Shown here: piece after piece, positions 1 through 5,654 of the stretch
How positions within the stretch are numbered: the stretch's first letter is position 1
Layout of the letters: each line of letters opens with the position of its first letter
NCBI GenBank assembly: GCA_028700115.1
Contig: JAQVTI010000026.1
Span: 1-5,654 of the forward strand
Direction of reading: 5' to 3'
Source of the DNA: Candidatus Iainarchaeum sp.
Lineage (GTDB): Archaea > Iainarchaeota > Iainarchaeia > Iainarchaeales > CSSED10-239
DNA: 5,654 nucleotides
Position numbers and translations under genes: made by a program
Notes under the pieces: model-generated
The model's input: only the letters and a program-made list of their open reading frames with translations
Told to the model about the DNA's origin: nothing
Databases searched by the model: none

Positions 1-68
1 TCCTCAACGATTTTATCTTTTTCCACATCTTCTATAAACTGTTGTTTTGTGGATTCATAAACTAGCAT
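1..68 (-). CDS. 5' end (22 codons) of a downstream gene truncated by the window edge; N-terminus resembles DUF2075 / Schlafen-group-3-type helicase proteins (tentative)
   Basis: ATG at 68..66 is preceded by AAGGAAA (74..80) with a 5-nt spacer. It lies only 12 nt after the stop of the MazG-like gene. The frame reads MLVYESTKQQFIEDVEKDKIVE and is open to position 1. The pattern M-x-x-Y-x-x-T-K-x-x-F-x-x-D-V-(4)-I matches my recollection of typical DUF2075 N-termini. With only 22 aa the family call is weak. Confidence 0.45.
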   Translation of the reverse strand, partial: MLVYESTKQQFIEDVEKDKIVE

Positions 69-73
69 AATTA

Positions 74-80
74 TTTCCTT
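74..80 (-). promoter_or_regulatory. Shine-Dalgarno-like site (AAGGAAA) for the truncated downstream gene
   Basis: Reverse complement of 74..80 is AAGGAAA. The GG core lies 8 nt upstream of the ATG at 68. The site directly abuts the TAA stop (81..83) of the preceding gene. Confidence 0.6.
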
Positions 81-437
81 TTATTCTCTACCAGGCTTTT
101 CCCAAAAACCATTATATTTTTCAACAGGATATTTAATTGCTGCTTTCTTTTGTTTATTATAAAATGCTTTTTCTAAATCTATTTTATTTCTTCCAGAAAA
201 CATTAATAGAAAAGTAAAGGTATCTGCTAGTTCGTCTTCAATCATTTCTCTTTTCTTTGGATTTTTTAGCATTTCTTTTATTTCTTTATCTGATTTAAAT
301 CTAAATAGTTCTAATAATTCTGTTCCTTCAGTTACTATTCCTATCGCTAAATCTTTAGTTTTATGATATTTTCCCCATTTTCTATCATTTGCAAATTTCA
401 TTGCAGAATTCTCTAAATCTTTAATTGTTTTAACCAT
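81..437 (-). CDS. MazG-like (DCTPP1/YpjD-type, all-alpha) nucleoside triphosphate pyrophosphohydrolase, 118 aa
   Basis: Single small domain with 'F.NDRKWGKYH.TKDLAIGIVTEGTELLELF' (E37/E40/E43, nt 309..329) and 'EDELADTFTFLL' (E69/D72, nt 222..233). These are the paired E-x-x-E / E-x-x-D Mg2+-binding helices of the all-alpha NTP-PPase superfamily. Near the C-terminus 'KQKKAAIKYP' matches the family's K-x-x-x-N-x-x-KYP-like ending. AGGTGA lies 4 nt upstream of the ATG. Confidence 0.88.
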   Translation of the reverse strand: MVKTIKDLENSAMKFANDRKWGKYHKTKDLAIGIVTEGTELLELFRFKSDKEIKEMLKNPKKREMIEDELADTFTFLLMFSGRNKIDLEKAFYNKQKKAAIKYPVEKYNGFWEKPGRE

Positions 438-441
438 AATT

Positions 442-447
442 TCACCT
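442..447 (-). promoter_or_regulatory. Shine-Dalgarno site (AGGTGA) for the MazG-like gene
   Basis: Reverse complement of 442..447 is AGGTGA, followed by AATT and then the ATG at 437..435. Confidence 0.65.
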
Positions 448-490
448 ATGTTATATTTATAAGAAACTTAATATATTTAAATGTATTCAA

Positions 491-3400
491 TTATTTATTT
501 AAATTTTGTAATACTTCTTCTAATATTGGTAAAATTTGTTGTTTAGCTAAGAATTTTAAATCACCTTGTCTTTTATAAGACCCAATACATTTTATACACC
601 CATTTGTACAACAAGGATTCTTACATAACTCAATTGCTTTTTCAAAAATTTGTTTAAAATTTGTATTAAATATTTCGATAAATCCAACACCCCCTTCTAC
701 AGTATCAAAAAATATAAATTCGCCATCACCTATTCTTAAACCATTAATTTCTCCATCTTCACAACCAGAAATTAATCTTGCAGAAGCCAGCAATGTATTT
801 AATGTAGTTTTATCTAATATTTTTGTGTCTTTTAATTTATTATCTAAATTATCATTTAAATTTATGTGTGTCGCAACAGTATTATATTTATCTAATATGT
901 CTCCATCTAAAATTTTGTGTTTACCTTTATCAATACAAACTGCTTTTTTATCAGAATTTGTATAAAATATCCCGCATTTTTCACAAATATGGTATTCTGA
1001 ATTACCTCTAACGCCAATAAATTTAAGACCGATGTTACATTTAAAGGTTTTTTGAAGAGAGGTAAAATTTTTTGGCGGATCTATTAATATTATCTCCCAA
1101 TCTACTTTTTTAGGATTTAAACTAAATTTTTTTTCTTGAGCATAAATTACTTGTGGTTTAAATAAAGTTCTTTGAACAGAAACTAAATTTTTAGCACATA
1201 TCGGACAAACAGAATATTGTTCATCAATTAATATAATTTTACACATTTCACAAGTTTTATATTTTGTAGTAAATTCAATTATATTGGATTTATTTATACT
1301 TATAGATTTACATTTATACCTTCTTTTATTTGCATCTAATGTACTAGGAGGGCATGTTTCTCTTAAAGAAAAACCTAATACTGATGGTTTGTCTTTTATT
1401 TTTATAATTGTGCCACCACTACCAAATGCAAAATCCGGAATTAATCCAAATAATCTAAATATAGTTAATGTATCTTTATTTTCTTGATTAGAATTATATT
1501 CTGATCTTACAAAAATAATACATTTGTCTAATTTTGATATCCACTCTAAAAACATTTTATCAAAATCAACTATATCTTTTACTGGAAAAATAGACTCCGA
1601 AAATTCAGTAATTATTAATTTAAATTTATCTGTATAATATTTACTCATATATTCTTTTATTTCTTTATATCTTTCAATCCAATTGTATATAGATTTCCAA
1701 GAATAATTTTTAGGAAATAATTCTAAGAACGTACTTTCAGACAATATATTTTGTAAAAATAATGAAAAAATAGATTTGCTAATAGGGTATTCTAAGTTCA
1801 AATCAAAAGAGGGTGGATAAATTCTACCCGAAATCAATTCTGACGGATTGAAATAATAATACCCGCCTAATGTAGAATCTTCTAAATAGGTAACGACAAG
1901 AGCAGATTCTGAATTTCTACCTGCTCTTCCGGATCTTTGAGTATAATTAGCAGGGGTTGGCGGGCTATATAATTGACCAACACAAGCCAAATCCCCTATA
2001 TCAATTCCCAACTCTAATGTAGGGGTGGCAATTAATATTAATTCTTGAGACTCTCTAAAATCAGATTCTATTTTTTTTCGGTATTCTGAATCTGTTTTTC
2101 CAGTGTCATTTTCTGTTTTAATAATAGGGACGTCATAATTCCAGTTATCAAAATAATTATCTGACTCAATAAAATCTGTCTTGCCTTTTTTTATAATAAT
2201 ATATGCTTCATTAATTAAATATAAATTGTCTTGTGATCTTATAATCATTTTTTTATTTTGAAGTTCAGTAAATATCTGTTTCAGATCAGAAATAGACACT
2301 TCCAATTTTTTTGCAAGTATTTCTTCTATCTTTCTAATACCTTTATTTCTTATTTGATTATAATCTATTGGATTAGACAATTCATAACATTCTTTTATTA
2401 ATTTTTGATTTTTAAACCAAGAATAAATTATTTGTAATTGTTTATTAGAAATATTATCTCCTGAATAATTTAATTTTGTTTTTATCCAGCCTCTATTTAC
2501 TAAAGAACCTACTTTTTGACTTTTAGCTATAAGTTCATTATATATTTCTAAAATTATTGTATTCTTAACATTTTCATCTATGCCTTGTTTATTTAATTTA
2601 GATTTTATCTTATCACGCATAATTTCAAATTCTACATAGTCATCTTGATCTATTAGTAAATTCAATAATTCCTTTCTTACTACATTTTTTATGTGTGTTT
2701 CTTCTATTTCTCTAGCAAATTTTGAACTTCTTTGAACATTATCTGTAAAAATTAACATTTTACGATTATTATTTGTTGCATCACCTAAATTAGAATATAA
2801 CTCATCAAATACAATATGAGAACTGTTTTCATTAGAAATTTTAGATAATGGGGCAATAATTCCTTCTCTATTACTTGTTGTTTTTTGATTACAACAATAA
2901 CAAAACCGGTTGTTTTTTACATCCATTCCATTAAATTCAATAAAATCTTTATTGTTTTGCTTTTTCACTAATATATTTATTGTAATTGCATTCTGATTTT
3001 CTGGTTTAAAACTTGACAAATCATTTGTAGTCCTATCAAGAGACAATTTAAGTGTATATTTGGAACTAAAAGAACTATCTTTTGTAGTTGAAAATAAAAA
3101 TAAGATGTCTTTATCCGCCATCGATTCAGACTTTTGTTTAATATTATTACCTACTGCAAAGAATACATTATTTAATTTAATTTTATTATTTGTATTACCA
3201 TTAATAACTTTACCAAAATATAAATAATATTCTTCACCACAATTTCTACAAGTATATATTTCAAAAATTGATTTAGATCCACAATCACAAACATTTTTTA
3301 ATTCTGAATTGTGATATAATTTTCCACAAGAAATACACCTGAAAAATGGATCTACTTTTTTAAAAAAATTGTGTATCTTATATTCTTTATTAAATAAATC

Positions 3401-4342
3401 GTTATTATTTATTTCAGATAATTTAAATATATTTTTCTCTGATTCATCAGATTCAACAATATTGGTTTTATTAAATTTATTATCTTCTAAATTAAATATT
3501 TTTCTAATAAATTTAACGGTATTTTCTATTTCATCTTTATCCCCGAGTGTTGCACTCGTACCAATATATTGGATTTTATCTAAATTATTACTTGCTTTAA
3601 ATATATTATATTGTAATCGTCTAATAAGTAAAGATAAATCTATTCCTTTTGATCCACGATAAGAATGTATTTCATCAATAATCAAATATTTTAAATCCAA
3701 ATTTTGTAATAAAACATTATATTTTGGATCAGTTAATATTCTATCTAACATAGAATAGTTCGTTAACAATATATCTGGTGGATTTGAAAATATCTGTTGA
3801 CGTTCATTATCGGGAGTATCTCCATCAAAAACATTACAGCTAATTTTCTTATTATATCTTATATTTAACTTATCTAAGTTTTTATTAATTCTGATTTTTT
3901 GATTATCAGATAATGCTTTAAGTGGATATATTATTAATATTTTTGTTTTTTTTGTGTCTACTTTTAATAAATAATTAAAAATAGGATACAAGAAACATTC
4001 TGTTTTACCACTTCCTGTGCCGGTAGTAATAAGACAATTTTTATTTTCTAAAATTTGCTTCCATGCATTAAATTGATGGCAATAAGGATTAAATTTTTCT
4101 AATTCTAAAAAATTGTGCATTTCTTTACAGAAATTTAATTTTTTTATTTCACTTTTTTCTACTTTTGGATACTCTCGTTTTTCTTCTAGATAAATTTCTG
4201 AAAAAAGAGTTTTGGTATTTTTATAATAATTCATTAATTCAGATTTTAATTTTGGATTATTATATCTGCATAAAGTTGTCAAAACAAAAGAAAGATATCT
4301 GTCACTAATTTTATTACAAAGTGTTATGTATTTATCAACCAT
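491..4342 (-). CDS. Large SF2 DEAD/DEAH-box helicase fused to a DUF1998 (MrfA-type Zn-binding) C-terminal module; COG1205-like, DrmA+DrmB / DruE-like; 1283 aa
   Basis: HQ motif PYCHQFNAW aa86-94. Motif I TTGTGSGKTE aa106-115 (nt 3998..4027). Motif Ia IIYPLKALSDNQ aa137-148. Motif II LIIDEIHSY aa220-228 (DEIH nt 3665..3676). Motif III GTSATL aa261-266. Motif IV MLIFTDNVQRS aa529-539 (nt 2726..2758). Motif V ATPTLELGIDIGDL aa772-785 (nt 1988..2026). Motif VI QRSGRAGR aa802-809 (nt 1916..1939). The post-motif-VI stretch 'ALVVTYLEDSTLGGYYYFNPSEL' is typical of the YprA/DrmA clade. The C-terminal hallmark is 'FIFFDTVEGGVGF...CKNPCCTNGCIKC'. Confidence 0.95.
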   Translation of the reverse strand: MVDKYITLCNKISDRYLSFVLTTLCRYNNPKLKSELMNYYKNTKTLFSEIYLEEKREYPKVEKSEIKKLNFCKEMHNFLELEKFNPYCHQFNAWKQILENKNCLITTGTGSGKTECFLYPIFNYLLKVDTKKTKILIIYPLKALSDNQKIRINKNLDKLNIRYNKKISCNVFDGDTPDNERQQIFSNPPDILLTNYSMLDRILTDPKYNVLLQNLDLKYLIIDEIHSYRGSKGIDLSLLIRRLQYNIFKASNNLDKIQYIGTSATLGDKDEIENTVKFIRKIFNLEDNKFNKTNIVESDESEKNIFKLSEINNNDLFNKEYKIHNFFKKVDPFFRCISCGKLYHNSELKNVCDCGSKSIFEIYTCRNCGEEYYLYFGKVINGNTNNKIKLNNVFFAVGNNIKQKSESMADKDILFLFSTTKDSSFSSKYTLKLSLDRTTNDLSSFKPENQNAITINILVKKQNNKDFIEFNGMDVKNNRFCYCCNQKTTSNREGIIAPLSKISNENSSHIVFDELYSNLGDATNNNRKMLIFTDNVQRSSKFAREIEETHIKNVVRKELLNLLIDQDDYVEFEIMRDKIKSKLNKQGIDENVKNTIILEIYNELIAKSQKVGSLVNRGWIKTKLNYSGDNISNKQLQIIYSWFKNQKLIKECYELSNPIDYNQIRNKGIRKIEEILAKKLEVSISDLKQIFTELQNKKMIIRSQDNLYLINEAYIIIKKGKTDFIESDNYFDNWNYDVPIIKTENDTGKTDSEYRKKIESDFRESQELILIATPTLELGIDIGDLACVGQLYSPPTPANYTQRSGRAGRNSESALVVTYLEDSTLGGYYYFNPSELISGRIYPPSFDLNLEYPISKSIFSLFLQNILSESTFLELFPKNYSWKSIYNWIERYKEIKEYMSKYYTDKFKLIITEFSESIFPVKDIVDFDKMFLEWISKLDKCIIFVRSEYNSNQENKDTLTIFRLFGLIPDFAFGSGGTIIKIKDKPSVLGFSLRETCPPSTLDANKRRYKCKSISINKSNIIEFTTKYKTCEMCKIILIDEQYSVCPICAKNLVSVQRTLFKPQVIYAQEKKFSLNPKKVDWEIILIDPPKNFTSLQKTFKCNIGLKFIGVRGNSEYHICEKCGIFYTNSDKKAVCIDKGKHKILDGDILDKYNTVATHINLNDNLDNKLKDTKILDKTTLNTLLASARLISGCEDGEINGLRIGDGEFIFFDTVEGGVGFIEIFNTNFKQIFEKAIELCKNPCCTNGCIKCIGSYKRQGDLKFLAKQQILPILEEVLQNLNK
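563..1465 (-). other. DrmB/DUF1998-like C-terminal module with two Zn-ribbon-like Cys pairs and a terminal Cys cluster
   Basis: aa~960-1260. 'GLIPDFAFGSGG...SLRETCPPSTLDANKRRYKC' resembles the 'lP.y.F...R...EyaPGa.v..dg..y' pattern. CEMC-x11-CPIC is aa1031-1049 (nt 1196..1252). CEKC-x12-C-x5-H is aa1120-1142 (nt 917..985). 'LNTLLASARLISGCEDGEI...FFDTVEGGVGF...C-x3-CC-x3-C-x2-C' is aa1181-1252 (nt 587..802). Confidence 0.8.
1913..4087 (-). other. Helicase motor region (RecA1+RecA2, motifs Q/HQ to VI) including two large insertions
   Basis: Spans aa86-810 of the 1283-aa ORF. Motif coordinates are given in the CDS entry. Motif III to IV is about 260 aa and motif IV to V about 230 aa, both much longer than in compact SF2 cores. 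Confidence 0.85.
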
Positions 4343-5637
4343 TTATTATCCCATTTTCTTAATCTATCAATTAATGTCCTTTTTGAATGTTTATTATATA
4401 AATAAATAAACATTAATGGAAGCACAACTTTATCCCATTTTAATAACTCTAACGGAATTTCTTTGCCATTTAATTCTAAGTTGTAACTGTTATAGATCTC
4501 AGATAAATCCTTCTGAGAATTATAATTAGTAAGTAAGAATGGTTTATAATAGATATTGGAATTTATTTTAACAAAAAACCATTTTAAATAAATATCATAA
4601 AATTCAGGATAATCTTTTGTAATATTTAATTTAAGATAAGATAATCCATTAGCTAAATTAATATAAATTTCTTCTAATTTATTTTCGGAAGAAATATATA
4701 AACGCCCAGTTAACAAATAGTTATAGTAAGCCCTCTGAACTATATTGTGACACAAAATATCTTCCGGAATAATATCAAAATTAACTTTTTCTAATATTAT
4801 CTCTCTTATTAATTTATTTTTTTTATAGGTAATATCTTTAAATAATGCAAATCCCCAGTTTTCATTATTTTGTTGTAATTCTCGTATTAAATCAATATTA
4901 TCTATACTTACTTTTACATTTTGATAATAAGTATTTAATCCATTTAATACAGACAAATTTATACTGTTTTGTCCTGTGGAATAATTATATTTAATTACGG
5001 AAACAAAATAATTAATATAATAATTTTGTTTATCTGAATCGTATTGATTCGGAGAAAATTTAGGCGAAAAATAACTCATAAAAACTTCTGCAGATCTTTT
5101 TAAAAAAGGAAAATAAATCCAATTCGAAAAAAACTTGTTCTCTTCGGTTATAAAATTAATTTGAGATTTAAAAGTTAATATATGACAATAATTTTTTGCT
5201 TTATCCCCTAATAAATATTTCTCAGATATAACTATATTTTCTATTTCTTTTGAATTTAATTTTGAACAAATTTCCTTATAAGTACTTATGTTTTTTTCTT
5301 TTAATTTATCTTCTGAACCGACCCACAAAATTAAGGAAATTGGAGTTTCTAGTTCTAAACAAATACCTAAAAAGAAATATTTGTATAACTCAGAATTACA
5401 ATAATATGTTTTAAGATCTTTAGATCTAATATATCCATCATTTATTCTTATAGTTAAAGGAAATATTCGGTCTCCTTCTATATTTAGATTTTTATTTATG
5501 TGGTTATACAAATCTCTCAAATTTTGATATTCTTTTAAATCGGTTATAAAATTTGTTACATCATTATCTAATCGATTCTTAAATCTAAATTCTTCTGGAG
5601 AATTATCTATATTTATCTGTTTATTAATCATAGTCAC
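4324..5637 (-). CDS. Hypothetical protein, 437 aa as tracked; no recognisable domain; translationally coupled to the downstream helicase; 5' end unresolved
   Basis: Long uninterrupted ORF in 25%-GC DNA, where random frames are stop-rich. Its TAA stop (4324..4326) lies 19 nt inside the helicase ORF, whose ATG is at 4342. The tracked start is GTG (5637..5635), and an ATG follows two codons later (5631..5629). The frame has no stop between 5637 and the window edge (AGA AAA AAA GAA AAA GTG), so the gene may start outside the window. There is no clear SD upstream of either candidate start. Confidence 0.8.
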   Translation of the reverse strand: MTMINKQINIDNSPEEFRFKNRLDNDVTNFITDLKEYQNLRDLYNHINKNLNIEGDRIFPLTIRINDGYIRSKDLKTYYCNSELYKYFFLGICLELETPISLILWVGSEDKLKEKNISTYKEICSKLNSKEIENIVISEKYLLGDKAKNYCHILTFKSQINFITEENKFFSNWIYFPFLKRSAEVFMSYFSPKFSPNQYDSDKQNYYINYFVSVIKYNYSTGQNSINLSVLNGLNTYYQNVKVSIDNIDLIRELQQNNENWGFALFKDITYKKNKLIREIILEKVNFDIIPEDILCHNIVQRAYYNYLLTGRLYISSENKLEEIYINLANGLSYLKLNITKDYPEFYDIYLKWFFVKINSNIYYKPFLLTNYNSQKDLSEIYNSYNLELNGKEIPLELLKWDKVVLPLMFIYLYNKHSKRTLIDRLRKWDNKWLINT

Positions 5638-5654
5638 TTTTTCTTTTTTTCTAA

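Noticed and set aside
470-487. 18-bp imperfect palindrome AATACATTTAAATATATT (minus-strand reading) in the helicase/MazG intergenic gap; possible operator
   Set aside because: It has one mismatch per arm and is composed almost entirely of A/T. In DNA of about 25% GC such palindromes arise readily by chance, and there is no second copy in the window to support a binding-site interpretation.
438-490. Possible internal promoter for the MazG-like gene (TTGAAT at 485..490; TATAAA / TATAAC boxes at about 450..461)
   Set aside because: The spacers between the candidate -35 and -10 hexamers are wrong (14, 19 or 23 nt). Hexamers like TATAAA occur everywhere in this composition, so none can be distinguished from background.
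823-1011. 62-aa plus-strand ORF from the track; the same applies to 1284..1487 (67 aa) and 3369..3662 (97 aa)
   Set aside because: All three lie antisense and entirely within the strongly supported helicase CDS. Their products are low-complexity L/I/Y/F/S-rich sequences typical of the reverse strand of A-rich coding DNA. None has an SD site or a recognisable motif.
1127-1134. A8/T8 homopolymer tracts inside coding sequence (also 2071..2078, 3946..3953, and A7 at 3362..3368) as possible phase-variation switches
   Set aside because: They encode ordinary Lys-Lys/Phe codons. An 8-nt length is unremarkable for such AT-rich genomes and shorter than tracts usually associated with slipped-strand phase variation. 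The tracts are in frame in this sequence.
1900-2040. Local GC-richer patch in an otherwise extremely AT-rich window; possible inserted element or structured RNA
   Set aside because: It coincides exactly with helicase motifs V-VI (TPTLELGIDIGDL...PPTPANYTQRSGRAGR). The Gly/Pro/Ala/Arg codons force G+C there, so it is explained by protein conservation.
491-5637. Classification as Hachiman (HamA DUF1837 + HamB helicase)
   Set aside because: The helicase has the COG1205 hallmarks (post-motif-VI 'YYYFNP' segment and the DUF1998 Cys cluster 'C-x3-CC-x3-C-x2-C'). I do not associate these with HamB. The upstream protein is larger than I recall HamA being, and I see no PD-(D/E)xK-type motif. The point remains testable by HMM search.
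491-5637. Identification as the MrfA/MrfB (YprA/YprB) DNA-repair pair
   Set aside because: The helicase is about 500 aa longer than canonical MrfA because of the two motor insertions and the extra Zn ribbons. The partner gene lies upstream, not downstream, and shows no DEDD/DnaQ-type exonuclease motifs.
1-5654. Search for tRNA/rRNA genes, CRISPR repeats, IS/transposase ends or long direct/inverted repeats
   Set aside because: None was seen by eye. The window is saturated by four minus-strand ORFs, with only 65 nt of intergenic sequence between them plus 17 nt of unresolved sequence at the right edge.

Overview
Very AT-rich prokaryotic window (about a quarter G+C by eye; Shine-Dalgarno-like sites present; TGA not read as Trp). 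It is almost entirely coding on the minus strand. Four co-directional genes have junctions of a 19-nt overlap, a 53-nt gap and a 12-nt gap, with no recognisable terminator, so this looks like one transcription unit cut at both window edges. In transcription order: (1) 4324..5637, a 437-aa protein with no motif I can recognise, whose frame is still open at the right edge. (2) 491..4342, a 1283-aa SF2 DEAD/DEAH-type helicase of the COG1205 kind (MrfA/YprA, DISARM DrmA+DrmB, Druantia DruE). It has all helicase motifs, a C-terminal DUF1998-type Cys cluster, several extra Zn-ribbon-like Cys pairs and two large insertions in the motor. (3) 81..437, a 118-aa MazG/DCTPP1-like all-alpha NTP pyrophosphohydrolase with intact acidic metal-binding motifs. 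(4) 1..68, the first 22 codons of another gene whose N-terminus resembles, from memory, DUF2075/Schlafen-type helicase proteins. The main hypothesis is an anti-phage defence locus. Its core would be the translationally coupled pair 'unknown 437-aa protein + Zn-rich helicase-DUF1998 fusion', which is Druantia-III/DISARM-core-like in logic but has a partner I cannot place in a described system. A MazG-like/DUF2075-like pair follows as accessory genes or a second module. No tRNA, rRNA, CRISPR array, IS element or long repeat was seen. All family assignments come from motif reading by eye and need HMM or structure searches.
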